A stretch of DNA of 64,000 bases, from NCBI GenBank assembly GCA_963664825.1, contig OY761614.1, positions 2,656,001 to 2,720,000 on the forward strand, in the 5' to 3' direction. The DNA comes from an uncultured Holophaga sp. (GTDB lineage Bacteria > Acidobacteriota > Holophagae > Holophagales > Holophagaceae). Positions 30,637 through 40,715 of this stretch are shown here, piece by piece. The position numbers and the translations under genes are program-made. The stretch's first letter is position 1. The number at the start of each line of letters is the position of its first letter. The notes beneath the pieces are model-generated. The model was not told where the DNA came from. It saw only the letters and a list, made by a program, of their open reading frames with translations, and searched no databases.

Positions 30637-33600
30637 GCGGGCGAACCTTCACCGAATCCGTCGTCGAAGAAGCCTCCCTGGCTTGGTTGGAGGGCCTGGG
30701 CTACTCCATCCTCCACGGTCCCGATATCACCTTCGGTGAGCCCGCGGCGGAGCGGATCGATCCCGGCTTCAAGGATGCAATCCTGGAAGGGCGGTTGCGA
30801 TCCGCCCTGGCCCAGCTCAATCCGGCGCTTCCTGCGGAGGCCCTGAAGGATGCCTTCCGCAAGCTCACCCGCCTGGAGGTGCCGACGCTCATCGAGCGCA
30901 ACCACAACCTGCACCGGATGCTGGTGGATGGGATCACGGTGGAATACCGCCGCCAGGACGGTTCCATCGCGGGGGCCCAGGCGCGGGTCCTGGACTTCGA
31001 TAACCCGGAGGCCAACGACTGGCTGGCGGTGAACCAGTTCACGGTGGTGGAGGGCCCGCACAACCGGCGCCCGGATGTGGTGCTCTTCGTGAATGGTCTT
31101 CCCCTGGCTGTGATCGAGCTGAAGAATTCTGCCGATGAGCAGGCCACGGTGGGAGCGGCGATCCAGCAGCTCCAGACCTACCAGGCCCAGATCCCGGCCC
31201 TTTTCGCCACCAATGCGGTGCTCGTGGCCTCGGATGGCGTCCAGGCCCGGGTGGGCGCCCTGGGAGCGGGCAAGGAGTGGTTCAAGCCCTGGCGCACCAT
31301 CGGCGGCCTGGAGGACGCTGCGGCGAGATTGGCGGAGCTGCGGGTGGTGCTGGAGGGGGTCTTCGAGAAGCGCCGCTTCCTGGATCTGGTGCGCTTCTTC
31401 ATCGTCTTCGAGGATCTGGGCGCCGGGAAGCTCGTGAAGAAGATGGCGGGCTACCACCAGTTCCACGCCGTGAACGTGGCCGTGGAGGAGACCCTCCGCG
31501 CCGCCAAGGTCATCGCCGAGGATCGCGCCGGGGACATCGCGGGGCATTATACCGCCGGTGGCAAACCCGGAGGCGCGCCCGGGGATCGGCGCGTGGGCGT
31601 GGTGTGGCACACCCAGGGCTCGGGCAAGAGCCTGTCCATGGCCTTCTACACGGGTCGTATCATCCTGCATCCCGGCATGGCCAACCCCACCGTCGTGGTG
31701 CTCACGGATCGCAATGACCTGGACGACCAGCTCTTCGGCACCTTCGCCCGGTGCAAGGACTTGCTGCGACAAGATCCCGCGCAAGCCTCTGACCGAGCGG
31801 ATCTGCGGAAGAAGCTCTCTGTAGCTTCGGGCGGTGTGGTCTTCACGACGATCCAGAAGTTTCTTCCGGACGAGCGCGGCGACCGGCACCCGGTGATCTC
31901 GGAGCGCCGCAATATCGTGGTGCTGGCCGACGAGGCGCACCGCAGTCAATACGACTTCATCGACGGCTTCGCCCGGCATCTCCGGGACGCGCTGCCCAAC
32001 GCATCCTTTATCGGCTTTACGGGCACGCCCATCGAGCGGGCCGATGCCAGCACCCGGGCGGTGTTCGGCGACACCATCAGCATCTATGACATCCAGCGGG
32101 CCGTGTATGACGGTGCCACGGTGCCCATCTACTACGAGAGTCGCCTGGCCAAGCTGGAGATGAAGGAAAGCGAGCGCCCCCACCTGGACGAGGATTTTGA
32201 AGAGGCCACCGAGGGCGAGGAGATCGAGCGCAAGGAGAAGCTGAAGAGCCGCTGGGCTCAGCTGGAGGCTTTGGTGGGCTCGGAGAACCGGGTGGGGCTC
32301 ATCGCCCAGGATCTGGTGGATCACTGGGAGAAGCGCCTGGCCGTCATGGATGGCAAGGCCATGGTGGTCTGCATGAGCCGCCGGATCTGCATGGCGCTCT
32401 ACCAGGCCCTGATCAAGCTGCGGCCGGAGTGGCACAGCGACGCCGATGAAGAGGGCATTCTGAAGGTGATCATGACGGGTTCCGCCTCGGACCCTTTGGA
32501 ATGGCAGAGCCACATCCGCAGCAAGGCCCGGCGGGAGGCCATGGCCCAGCGGTTCCGCAAGCCTTCGGATCCCTTCCGCATCGTGATCGTGCGCGATATG
32601 TGGCTGACCGGCTTCGATGCCCCGAGCCTGCACACCATGTATGTGGACAAACCCATGCGCGGCCACGGCCTTATGCAGGCCATCGCCCGCGTGAACCGTG
32701 TCTTCAAGGACAAGCCCGGCGGCCTGGTGGTGGACTACCTGGGCCTGGCGGATGAGCTGAAGAAGGCGCTGGCCACCTACACGGAAGCCGGAGGCAAGGG
32801 GAAGACGGCCCTGGATCAAGAGGAAGCCGTGGCCCTGATGCTGGAGAAGGCGGAGATCTGCCGCGGTCTCTTTCATGGCTTTGATCATTCCAAGTGGGTC
32901 ACGGGCGCAGCCCACGAACGCCTGGCTCTGCTGCCCGAGGCCCAGGAGCACATCCTGGCCCAAGAGAACGGCAAGGACCGGCTGTTAGGGGCGGTCACCG
33001 AGCTTTCTCATGCCTTCGCCCTGGCCGTGCCCCACGAGGCTGCCATCGGCATCCGGGACGAAGTAGGCTTCTACCAAGCCGTGCGCGCCGTGCTCTCCAA
33101 GAGGGAGGCAGCGGACTTAAAATCCGATGAGGATCTGGACCACGCCATCCGGCAGATCATCTCGAAGGCTGTGGTCTCGGACCAGGTGGTGGACGTCTTC
33201 ACTGCCGCCGGGCTCAAGAAACCTGACATCTCTATCTTGTCGGACGAGTTCCTGGCCGAAGTTCGGGACATGCCCCAGCGGAACCTGGCCGTGGAACTGC
33301 TCCAGAAGCTGCTGAAGGGTGAGATCCGCAGCCGCGCCAAGAGGAACGTGGTCCAGGCCCGGTCCTTCACGGAGATGCTTGAACTGGCCATCCGCAAATA
33401 TCAGAACCGCGCCATCGAGACGGCCCAGGTCATCGAAGAGCTGATCCAGCTGGCCAAGGAAATGAAGGCCGCAGATGCCCGCGGTGAATCCCTGGGCCTC
33501 AGCCCCGACGAACTGGCCTTCTACGACGCCCTGGAAGCCAATGACAGCGCTGTTAAGGTGCTGGGCGAGCCCACCCTCCAGGCCATCGCCCGGGAGCTGG

Positions 33601-33782
33601 TGGAGACCGTCCGGAAGAACGTGACCATCGACTGGACCCTGCGCGACAACGTCCGCGCCCAGCTCCGCGTGCTGGTGAAGCGCATTCTGCGCAAATACGG
33701 ATATCCGCCCGATATGCAGGAGAAGGCCACCAAGACCGTCCTGGAACAAGCCGAGGTGATCATGGGCAGCTTGGTGGGATAG
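30633..33782 (+). CDS. hsdR: Type I R-M restriction subunit
   Basis: [52 protein letters not shown]. Confidence 0.96.
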   Translation: MSGRTFTESVVEEASLAWLEGLGYSILHGPDITFGEPAAERIDPGFKDAILEGRLRSALAQLNPALPAEALKDAFRKLTRLEVPTLIERNHNLHRMLVDGITVEYRRQDGSIAGAQARVLDFDNPEANDWLAVNQFTVVEGPHNRRPDVVLFVNGLPLAVIELKNSADEQATVGAAIQQLQTYQAQIPALFATNAVLVASDGVQARVGALGAGKEWFKPWRTIGGLEDAAARLAELRVVLEGVFEKRRFLDLVRFFIVFEDLGAGKLVKKMAGYHQFHAVNVAVEETLRAAKVIAEDRAGDIAGHYTAGGKPGGAPGDRRVGVVWHTQGSGKSLSMAFYTGRIILHPGMANPTVVVLTDRNDLDDQLFGTFARCKDLLRQDPAQASDRADLRKKLSVASGGVVFTTIQKFLPDERGDRHPVISERRNIVVLADEAHRSQYDFIDGFARHLRDALPNASFIGFTGTPIERADASTRAVFGDTISIYDIQRAVYDGATVPIYYESRLAKLEMKESERPHLDEDFEEATEGEEIERKEKLKSRWAQLEALVGSENRVGLIAQDLVDHWEKRLAVMDGKAMVVCMSRRICMALYQALIKLRPEWHSDADEEGILKVIMTGSASDPLEWQSHIRSKARREAMAQRFRKPSDPFRIVIVRDMWLTGFDAPSLHTMYVDKPMRGHGLMQAIARVNRVFKDKPGGLVVDYLGLADELKKALATYTEAGGKGKTALDQEEAVALMLEKAEICRGLFHGFDHSKWVTGAAHERLALLPEAQEHILAQENGKDRLLGAVTELSHAFALAVPHEAAIGIRDEVGFYQAVRAVLSKREAADLKSDEDLDHAIRQIISKAVVSDQVVDVFTAAGLKKPDISILSDEFLAEVRDMPQRNLAVELLQKLLKGEIRSRAKRNVVQARSFTEMLELAIRKYQNRAIETAQVIEELIQLAKEMKAADARGESLGLSPDELAFYDALEANDSAVKVLGEPTLQAIARELVETVRKNVTIDWTLRDNVRAQLRVLVKRILRKYGYPPDMQEKATKTVLEQAEVIMGSLVG

Positions 33783-33850
33783 AAGGGTTGGGGTTCTGGG
33801 TCCCTGGGACTCCAACCGTGACGGATAGAAGCGGTGTTTCGATCAACGAT

Positions 33851-34075
33851 CAGCCTTTGGCTACACCCCGAGGACAGCCCTTGCGTGGAGGGTGGCGAGC
33901 CCTACGCTTGCCTCCCGGCCAGGGGCGCACCCCTGGCCGGCGAGCGTAGCGGGTAGCGCCTGGGTGGACCGTTGGGCCCACGCCGCCGCTTGCGGCGGAT
34001 GGGGCGGTCCGCCCGGGCGCGGGGCGCAGTCCACCTGGAGCGCAAGGGCTCCCGGAGGGGCCACCCCCTGAGGCT
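33851..34075 (+). other. Large branched secondary structure (ncRNA or single-strand origin)
   Basis: Nested inverted repeats 33876-85/34041-50, 33902-08/33943-49, 33915-25/33930-40 and 33956-71/34005-20. Confidence 0.6.
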
Positions 34076-34094
34076 AAAGAAAAGTTGCGATGGG

Positions 34095-34122
34095 TTGCAT
34101 ATCGGCGCAATGCGCCTATATT
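34095..34122 (+). promoter_or_regulatory. Sigma-70-like promoter with a palindromic operator in the spacer
   Basis: TTGCAT-N16-TATATT containing ggcgca-a-tgcgcc. Confidence 0.6.
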
Positions 34123-34165
34123 GTGTGGTGTGCAGGTCTTGCTCCACCATTCGAGGACATCGCAC

Positions 34166-34828
34166 ATGTCTAGACCCATGACCCTTCCTCCGCCCTGGAA
34201 TGAACTCGCCTCACAGCTTGGGGGCGTCGGGGCCTTGGCAAAGGCGCTCGGAACGGTGCCTCGAACTGTCAACGACTGGGTCAATGGAAATCGCGTTCCG
34301 CGTGGTCCTGCCTGGTGCCTCATTCAGAGGGTCTTTCACGAGAACGGCCTTCAGCCACCCGAGAAACCCAGCTCGGCATTCGCGCGTCCTATTCCTGATG
34401 CGAGGAAGTTCCTGGATGAAATCGCGGCGGGCTTCGCCGAGTATCAGTGTCTCCTTGATGACAAGAACGATGGGTTCCAGTGGCTGACGCGCGTTAAGGC
34501 CGTTGATGCTCTCGCACGGGTGGAGGCCGCCGGAATCGGCTTGGAAAGAGCTGTCTGCGCGGTTCTCATCCAATTGGCGAGTGCACAAGAGAAGGATGCC
34601 TTCCGCGATGCAGTGGAGCGTTGTCGCGCATTCCAGATCGCCTTGGATGGGCCCGCACAAGCCCTTTTGATGCAGGTGACCCGAGGGGTTGGGCCCGGTG
34701 ATCCCAGGCGGATCCAAATTCTTCAGAGTCTGCAATCCCGCTGTGCTGAATCTCTGGGATACCTCCGAGATGTTCTGCGCGACCTGGAGGACTCTCAGGC
34801 CCAACAGCAGGACTGTCGCGATCTCTGA
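34166..34828 (+). CDS. Cro-like HTH protein with unknown helical C-terminus
   Basis: LGGVGALAKALGTVPRTVNDWVNGNRVP. Confidence 0.65.
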   Translation: MSRPMTLPPPWNELASQLGGVGALAKALGTVPRTVNDWVNGNRVPRGPAWCLIQRVFHENGLQPPEKPSSAFARPIPDARKFLDEIAAGFAEYQCLLDDKNDGFQWLTRVKAVDALARVEAAGIGLERAVCAVLIQLASAQEKDAFRDAVERCRAFQIALDGPAQALLMQVTRGVGPGDPRRIQILQSLQSRCAESLGYLRDVLRDLEDSQAQQQDCRDL

Positions 34829-34853
34829 TTCAGGTCATGCAAGGGATTCTTTC

Positions 34854-35795
34854 ATGCGTCTCGTATGTCTTTCAGACACCCACGGCCTCCACAACAGCAT
34901 CCATGTCCCTGAGGGCGATGTCCTGATTCATGCCGGTGATTTCTGCAATACCGGGACGGAGAGGGAGGTTCACAAATTTGCCAAGTGGCTGAATCGCCTG
35001 CCACACCGATGGAAGATCGTCGTTGCTGGCAATCACGACTGGTTCTTCCAGAAACAACCGGAGCTTGCGCGCGCATACCTGGAACCTGATGTGATCTACC
35101 TTCAGGATTCCGGCTGCGAGATTGAAGGCCTGAAGATTTGGGGCTCTCCCTGGCAGCCCTGGTTCATGGATTGGGCCTTCAACCTGCCGCGAAGAGGTGC
35201 GGCGCTTCGTGAAAAGTGGAGTCAAATTCCGCTTGCTACGGACATCCTCATCACGCACAGTCCACCCCACGGGACCCTGGACGAAGTCAGGTCGCAATCG
35301 TCCGCATTTGAGATTGAAACAGCCTCTAGTGGCCCACTGGGGTGTGAGCATCTTGCGGACCGCCTCCCTGCTGTGCTGCCGGGACTCCACGTATTTGGGC
35401 ATATCCACGATGGGCATGGCCATTTGGTGCGAGATCGCACGCTCCATGTAAACGCCTCGATCTGCGACGAGCGCTATGAGCCGATTCACCATCCCATCGT
35501 TGTGGACGTCGATCTCCGTGCTGCACAACGCGTTTTCGAGATCGCCTCAGGGGGTGAGGAGGTCTCGGAGCTCCCATCCCACGGCCGCGGCCAGACGTTC
35601 CATGTTGTCGATGGAAACATTCCGCTCACCGCGTTCCACGGAGCCCACATACGTGCGATGAAGCTCCGACAGCTCGGCCAATTTTTCCTGGGAGAGGCCG
35701 CGCGCGAGGCGAGCCTTTCGGAGGTTCGTGGCGAAGAGCAGGCGAGCTCTGGGGCGTGGAGACGAAGGTGGCACATGCCATCCTTCGCTTTCTGA
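34854..35795 (+). CDS. Calcineurin-like metallophosphoesterase (C-terminal tail overlaps the antisense HTH gene)
   Basis: SDTH, HAGD, AGNHD, ITHSPP, FGHIH. Confidence 0.88.
   Translation: MRLVCLSDTHGLHNSIHVPEGDVLIHAGDFCNTGTEREVHKFAKWLNRLPHRWKIVVAGNHDWFFQKQPELARAYLEPDVIYLQDSGCEIEGLKIWGSPWQPWFMDWAFNLPRRGAALREKWSQIPLATDILITHSPPHGTLDEVRSQSSAFEIETASSGPLGCEHLADRLPAVLPGLHVFGHIHDGHGHLVRDRTLHVNASICDERYEPIHHPIVVDVDLRAAQRVFEIASGGEEVSELPSHGRGQTFHVVDGNIPLTAFHGAHIRAMKLRQLGQFFLGEAAREASLSEVRGEEQASSGAWRRRWHMPSFAF
35547..35774 (-). CDS. XRE HTH regulator, R-M controller (C-protein)-like
   Basis: SQEKLAELSELHRTYVGSVERGERNVSIDNMERLA. Confidence 0.88.
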   Translation of the reverse strand: MPPSSPRPRARLLFATNLRKARLARGLSQEKLAELSELHRTYVGSVERGERNVSIDNMERLAAAVGWELRDLLTP

Positions 35796-35796
35796 T

Positions 35797-35822
35797 GACT
35801 ATGGATCTACAGACTTAAAGTA
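35797..35822 (-). promoter_or_regulatory. C-box-like double operator
   Basis: Minus strand TACT-tta-AGTC tgta GATC-cat-AGTC, about 22 nt upstream of the HTH start. Confidence 0.7.
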
Positions 35823-35843
35823 GCATATTCAATTCACCTTCCC

Positions 35844-36260
35844 TTGTTGACCGTCAAACGGGCAATCCACCAAGATCGGAGGCCATGGGTGCAAAAGGCA
35901 GTTCGACAACGACTCACCAGGTTCGGACTGAACCTGTCGAGTGCTGCATGTTTCCTTTTATTCGGACTCTGGGCTCTGGGCGGAACGCTATTCACCGCGG
36001 TGGTAGCCTTCATGGGTGTCGTAATGACCTTCGGTCTCGCTGTCTGGCCCCTCGTCATTCTGGGGGCGCTGGTTTTCTGGGGGCCCCTGTTCGTGGCGAT
36101 CAGGCTGGGGCGAATTTTCCTCAAGGCCGTAAGGGCATGGGCTGACAAGGAGGACCCAGATCCATTCCTAGATGTCTTTGCGGCTCACACCCGAGCTCGC
36201 TTTTCCCTGGCCCCAGAGAAATGTGCCGAAGGCCCTAGGTTGCCGATCTCAATTGCATAG
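35844..36260 (+). CDS. Hypothetical membrane protein
   Basis: Long hydrophobic stretch (2-3 TM); start uncertain. Confidence 0.45.
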   Translation: MLTVKRAIHQDRRPWVQKAVRQRLTRFGLNLSSAACFLLFGLWALGGTLFTAVVAFMGVVMTFGLAVWPLVILGALVFWGPLFVAIRLGRIFLKAVRAWADKEDPDPFLDVFAAHTRARFSLAPEKCAEGPRLPISIA

Positions 36261-36377
36261 GCGTCTCAGAACAGGCTTGGAATCTAGCCTTCACCGCGAC
36301 GTCCTGATGGTGCCCCTCGTTCAAAAAACCTGCGGCCGTCCGGGATTTCATCACCTCTCTTTAATGGAGTTTGTATC

Positions 36378-37760
36378 ATGCAGCGACTGTTCGTAGTTCC
36401 CCTGTGCCTCCTTTTCTCCGCCGTGTCCTACTGCAGGGTTCCCACTCCCAATTCCAGGGTGGCGAAGGCCAAAGAGTCCCGAGAATCGATTCTCTGGAAA
36501 CCCGTCCATCTGCAGAGTCAGCGGTTCGACGATGAAGTGAGTCCCTTCGGGAGGATCGAGATGGAGTGCGATTCCTTCCCCCAGAATGAAGGTGCTACGC
36601 GGGTCCGGTGGCAGTTCCAGGCCCAAAGCGAACCCGAGGCGCGCAAGGGATTCGCTCTTCTTCATGCCGACATGCTCTTGAAGCACGAAGGCTGGCTGCG
36701 ACTCATTACTTCGGACTATCAACAATACCTTAAGGCCTACAAGGCCTTTCCGGATCTTGGCGTGGCCTCTCGGGAAGCCTTCATCTATCGGCCCAAGGAT
36801 GAGGTCACCTTCAAGAAGATGCTTGGAGGCATTGAGATGCTGGGTAGCCGCAGCGTGGGTCGGCGTTCAGCCTTGGTGCCCCAACTCTTCCTGCTTATGA
36901 CCCTGGACAAGTTCTCCTTCGAGAAGGGTGCAGCTACATTCATGGTGAAATTCAGGCCGCTCATATATGGATCATCTTTAGACCAATCAGTTGGCGGCGG
37001 GGTGGATATTGGTGAAGTCGGGGTTTTCTCCTATTCTTCGGCGAGTCTGCTGGATTCCCTTGTGGCGCTCTTCAAGGAACATCGGCCTCGGTTGGCACCC
37101 GGGTTGGATACGTCTGCTTCGAGAACCTCAGGGGCTGGAGCCCCCCGAGAGGGCGCAACCGCTATGAGCCCTCGGCCGCTGGAGAAAGCGCCTGCTGCGG
37201 AATTACCCATGGCTGAGGTCCGGCGCCAGCAGCGAATGGTATTCGAGGCCAATCGGAAAGCGGTGAAGGTCCTGGCTCTACCAAATGGAGTGAGTGCCGA
37301 AGCCGAAGTCGCCCCGGTGTGTGTTGAGGTGCAGCGGCCCGATGCCCGGACAATCCAGTTCCCCTCCACGATGGAGCAAATGGAGGGGTTGCCCAGGCTG
37401 ACGCTTCCTGCGAAGGCACTCAGCACGATTCGAATCCAGGCCCATCACCAGATCGCCTACAAGCAGGCCAAACCCCATCTTGTCTTTCTCGGCCAGGGGA
37501 ATCCGCAGGGAAGGCGTTTGATCACCACACCGGACCAGCTTCCTATGACAGCAAACGGAATGGGTCTGGACTGCAGCAACCTCTCCCTATGTTTGTCCGA
37601 TGGCGATTCTGGGATCTGGCTCCTCTTCAACACCGTGGGCACCTTTGCGCCGGGTGTCTATGCCCTGACATTCCCGCCCATCTCTGGCATGGATGCCCGG
37701 GCGGAGCTGCCGACGCGTGATTACTACCTCTTCCGGGTGGAGTCTCCCGCAGGCAAGTAG
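36378..37760 (+). CDS. Hypothetical exported protein (460 aa)
   Basis: SD GGAG; signal-peptide-like MQRLFVVPLCLLFSAVSYC; no recognised domain. Confidence 0.65.
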   Translation: MQRLFVVPLCLLFSAVSYCRVPTPNSRVAKAKESRESILWKPVHLQSQRFDDEVSPFGRIEMECDSFPQNEGATRVRWQFQAQSEPEARKGFALLHADMLLKHEGWLRLITSDYQQYLKAYKAFPDLGVASREAFIYRPKDEVTFKKMLGGIEMLGSRSVGRRSALVPQLFLLMTLDKFSFEKGAATFMVKFRPLIYGSSLDQSVGGGVDIGEVGVFSYSSASLLDSLVALFKEHRPRLAPGLDTSASRTSGAGAPREGATAMSPRPLEKAPAAELPMAEVRRQQRMVFEANRKAVKVLALPNGVSAEAEVAPVCVEVQRPDARTIQFPSTMEQMEGLPRLTLPAKALSTIRIQAHHQIAYKQAKPHLVFLGQGNPQGRRLITTPDQLPMTANGMGLDCSNLSLCLSDGDSGIWLLFNTVGTFAPGVYALTFPPISGMDARAELPTRDYYLFRVESPAGK

Positions 37761-37786
37761 GATGAACTTACCTTCAGGGGAATGAC

Positions 37787-38245
37787 ATGCGAGGGCTGAT
37801 TAATATCGATTCCACGAGGATCTTGGATGAGGTCGAGGTGGCTCTCTTTGATCTGGCCGCTGCGCGAGATTTCCCTGTTGATGGGGGCGAGCTTTACCAG
37901 ATTGGGAACCGGCGGGACGCAGCCCTTGCGCGGATACGGGCTGCCATGAAGGGCCTCTGCCATGAAGTCCAGCGGCTGCTGCTCCGCCTCGGAGAGGCGG
38001 AGGGATGTCCACGCGAGCTGCTTCCACAGATCCGGAAACAGGCCTTGGCCTTGGGCGAGCTGGTGCGCCCAAATGGTGGTCTCGATCTCCTACTGGATCA
38101 GCTTGATGACCTGCGGGAGTTCACCGAAAAATACGGAACATGGGCGGCTCAGTCTGCACGAGCAGACCTCATGGAGGTGCGTATGCATCTCCATGAGATC
38201 CATCGGAACTACGTAAGGATGGCGGGGCTCCCTCTCAGCGCGTGA
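37787..38245 (+). CDS. Hypothetical helical protein
   Basis: 152-aa ORF co-directional with the upstream gene. Confidence 0.55.
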   Translation: MRGLINIDSTRILDEVEVALFDLAAARDFPVDGGELYQIGNRRDAALARIRAAMKGLCHEVQRLLLRLGEAEGCPRELLPQIRKQALALGELVRPNGGLDLLLDQLDDLREFTEKYGTWAAQSARADLMEVRMHLHEIHRNYVRMAGLPLSA

Positions 38246-40229
38246 GGCCTCGGGGCTTTCGGGAAGGAGGGGGCGCTTCCGGGGTGGCAGGATGCTCGGC
38301 TTGGATCTCTCGCTCTAGGCGATCAATAGCGCCCCAGCGTTCACCAGCAGGTCGGGCATTTCGAGCTTGGTCCTCTGCCACGACAGTGGCGAGGGGATCA
38401 CCGATTCGAGCATTCAACGCCATGGACCGCTCCACGAGTTTTCTCCATCCCGAGCGCACCAGGTCCAGGCGGTTTGAGAGCCAGCCCGCAAAGCCGCGTT
38501 CCCGCTCTTCTTGGACTTCATGAAGGGGAAGGCGATAAGCCTCCCGGATCGTGTCGTCCGCTGTCCAGTAAGCCTCATTCCGATTCGTATCGTTACCGTG
38601 AGTGAGGCTTCGCTCCGCTAGGCGTTCCACCTGGACTGGCAGATCCTCGGGATGACAGGGCTCCAGGTGCATGCGCCAGGAGCCGTCCCTGGCCAAGATG
38701 AGGGACTTCTCTGGCGCAGGTTCCAGCAAATGGCGGGTCACGAAGGAGAACCAGCGGGTCAGCTGGGGGATGTGCTCATCGGCGAAGTCTCGGAGGGATC
38801 CGGGGTCCAGAGCCGGTAGAGCCGCTGGTGGTAGAGGGCGCCCCAGCCCCAGAGCCGGGCCTGCCTCCAGGTCAGGGGATCGCTGTCCCCTAGCAAGGTC
38901 AGCGTTGCTGGCGGCAGGGGATGCAACCCATCCAGGTCCACCATGTGCGCCTGCGCCATGGCTGCTGGGCTCTCCAGGTAGGCGATCAGCGCTTCTGGGG
39001 GCGCTTCCATCAGGATGGGCCCCATCCGGGTTCCCACCACGAAGATCCGCCGCTCGTCGAGGAAGGGCAGCACCGCCGGAATCCCTGGCGCATCCAGGCC
39101 CTTCGGCATCAGCTCCATTAGCTCGTTGGGTGTCGGACTTCGACGAGAGGTCTCCCAGGTGGACCAGACCCGCTTCCGGGTTTGAGCCATCAGGTCGGCC
39201 ATCGTAGTTTTCCATGCCTTCCATTCCGGCTGATGGATCCAGCGTCCCGGAGGCTGGAGACCCAGCCATTCGGCCTCCCAGCTCGGAATCTGGTCCTGTC
39301 GCTCGAGCCGCTCGGGCCGACCATGTGGGGTTGGGATTTCCAGGGTGCTCATGTTCATGCTTTAGGCTCCGGATGTGGTGGTTAGTGCGCTCGATGACGG
39401 TGGGTAGGCTGACGGCCGCGAGATCGATGCCCGGGTCGTAGCAGAGAGAATCGGCGAGGCCGGCGAAGCCGTAGGGTTTGCCGAGGTCACTTCCTTTCAT
39501 GCGTTCTCCGTTCTGTTCGAAGGTGATGCCCGTGATACGGGCACCACGGATGTTGAGGGTGGGGTTGACGCCGCGGACCTTCAGTTCCTTGAGGAATTGG
39601 GGGAAGGGCCGGGCGTGTGGATGGGCTTGCGCGGCTGTGATGGCCTCATCGATTACGACGCGAAACTGTTGCTTCTTTGTGGGAGCTCTGGTGCGCTCCG
39701 CAACTGCACGCTCTTTCCCGCGGAGGCGAGTCGTGTCCAGGGCCTCCCGCTGGTGAGTCCTCCCACTTCGGGTCGGGCTTGGAACGGGCTCGAGGCCGAA
39801 CTGTTCCTCGAGGATTCGGAGCGCGCTTTCGACCTTCCGGAAATCTCGAAGATGCTCACGGGCAATGCTCCCGTCGGCTCGAACTCGAGTAGCGACGATG
39901 TGGACGTGCTCGTGGGGGCGGTCGTGGTGCTGGACCACGGCGTAACTGTCCCACCCCATTTCTCGAGCCACATCTGCCGCCGCCAGGAGCCAACTCTCCG
40001 CTGTGAGATGCTCGCCTGGGAGCAGGGAGATAGAGAGATGTCGGACGGGTTTGGTGACCCGCGTCCGGAGTGCGGTGATGGTCCGAAGTTCGGCAGCCAG
40101 TTCTGCTGCTGACTCCCCTGCGAGGGTTCCCCCGAGGATTACACCCCGAGGTTCACCGTTCTCCTTGCCTCGAAATAGGTACCGGAGGAGCGGCGCAAAA
40201 TCACTCCCCTTGCTGAGCCGACCGATCAC
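38235..40229 (-). CDS. Relaxase/mobilisation nuclease (MOBP/VirD2-like)
   Basis: LLRYL (catalytic Tyr), VRHLSISL, HHDRPHEHVHIV (3H motif), KGSDLGKPYGF. Confidence 0.92.
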   Translation of the reverse strand: MIGRLSKGSDFAPLLRYLFRGKENGEPRGVILGGTLAGESAAELAAELRTITALRTRVTKPVRHLSISLLPGEHLTAESWLLAAADVAREMGWDSYAVVQHHDRPHEHVHIVATRVRADGSIAREHLRDFRKVESALRILEEQFGLEPVPSPTRSGRTHQREALDTTRLRGKERAVAERTRAPTKKQQFRVVIDEAITAAQAHPHARPFPQFLKELKVRGVNPTLNIRGARITGITFEQNGERMKGSDLGKPYGFAGLADSLCYDPGIDLAAVSLPTVIERTNHHIRSLKHEHEHPGNPNPTWSARAARATGPDSELGGRMAGSPASGTLDPSAGMEGMENYDGRPDGSNPEAGLVHLGDLSSKSDTQRANGADAEGPGCARDSGGAALPRRAADLRGGNPDGAHPDGSAPRSADRLPGEPSSHGAGAHGGPGWVASPAASNADLARGQRSPDLEAGPALGLGRPLPPAALPALDPGSLRDFADEHIPQLTRWFSFVTRHLLEPAPEKSLILARDGSWRMHLEPCHPEDLPVQVERLAERSLTHGNDTNRNEAYWTADDTIREAYRLPLHEVQEERERGFAGWLSNRLDLVRSGWRKLVERSMALNARIGDPLATVVAEDQARNARPAGERWGAIDRLEREIQAEHPATPEAPPPSRKPRGLTR
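38759..39358 (-). CDS. Putative overprinted gene inside the relaxase gene (alternative frame, 199 aa)
   Basis: GGAG 8 nt before ATG; globular-looking composition where the relaxase frame is low-complexity. Confidence 0.5.
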   Translation of the reverse strand: MNMSTLEIPTPHGRPERLERQDQIPSWEAEWLGLQPPGRWIHQPEWKAWKTTMADLMAQTRKRVWSTWETSRRSPTPNELMELMPKGLDAPGIPAVLPFLDERRIFVVGTRMGPILMEAPPEALIAYLESPAAMAQAHMVDLDGLHPLPPATLTLLGDSDPLTWRQARLWGWGALYHQRLYRLWTPDPSETSPMSTSPS

Positions 40230-40572
40230 GACGGAGCTCCTGCTGAACGCGGATTAGAAGAGACCGCAACGCCTGGATCTCGGTTTGGAGGCGTTCTTCA
40301 CCCGGGTAAACGCCAGCGTTTAGAGATCGCGCCAGCTGGTTAAGGTTGTTCCCGACCCGGCCGAGCTCCTGAGCGAAGGCGCGATCGACGGTGGGAGGTG
40401 GCACCTTTCCGAGGAGCAGACTTCGACCGAGTGCGGAAAAGCTGATGTTCCGCGCACGCGCTGCGGCCAGGAGCTGCGCGTGCTCCGGCCCTGATAGTCG
40501 GATCGTGATGATCACGGCGCGACGAAGCTCTTCCGCGACACGGTGGGTTCGATGGGATTCGATGGTGCTCAT
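40201..40572 (-). CDS. mobC: MobC relaxosome accessory protein
   Basis: RHH-like ITIRLS..E; ELGRVGNNLNQLARSLN. Confidence 0.9.
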   Translation of the reverse strand: MSTIESHRTHRVAEELRRAVIITIRLSGPEHAQLLAAARARNISFSALGRSLLLGKVPPPTVDRAFAQELGRVGNNLNQLARSLNAGVYPGEERLQTEIQALRSLLIRVQQELRRDRSAQQGE

Positions 40573-40589
40573 GGATGGTTTCCTTTCAT

Positions 40590-40700
40590 GACCGATAGGC
40601 GCACGGGGTCCAGGGGCATGGCCCCTGGCGAGCGGCAGACGAATACCGAGGCGAGCGGAGCGACCCGATGTATTCGCTCGGCCTTGCTCGCTGTGCGTGA
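40590..40700. other. Putative oriT region
   Basis: Intergenic, upstream of mobC; hairpins ccagggg-catgg-cccctgg and gaatac...gtattc next to a CTTG/C nic-like motif. Confidence 0.5.
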
Positions 40701-40715
40701 GTGAGTGGGTTCGGT

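Noticed and set aside
30558..32963. 801-aa minus-strand ORF, and similar long antisense ORFs over hsdM, lanB, secA and proS
   Set aside because: Shadow frames of GC-rich genes; the opposite strand carries the recognisable motifs.
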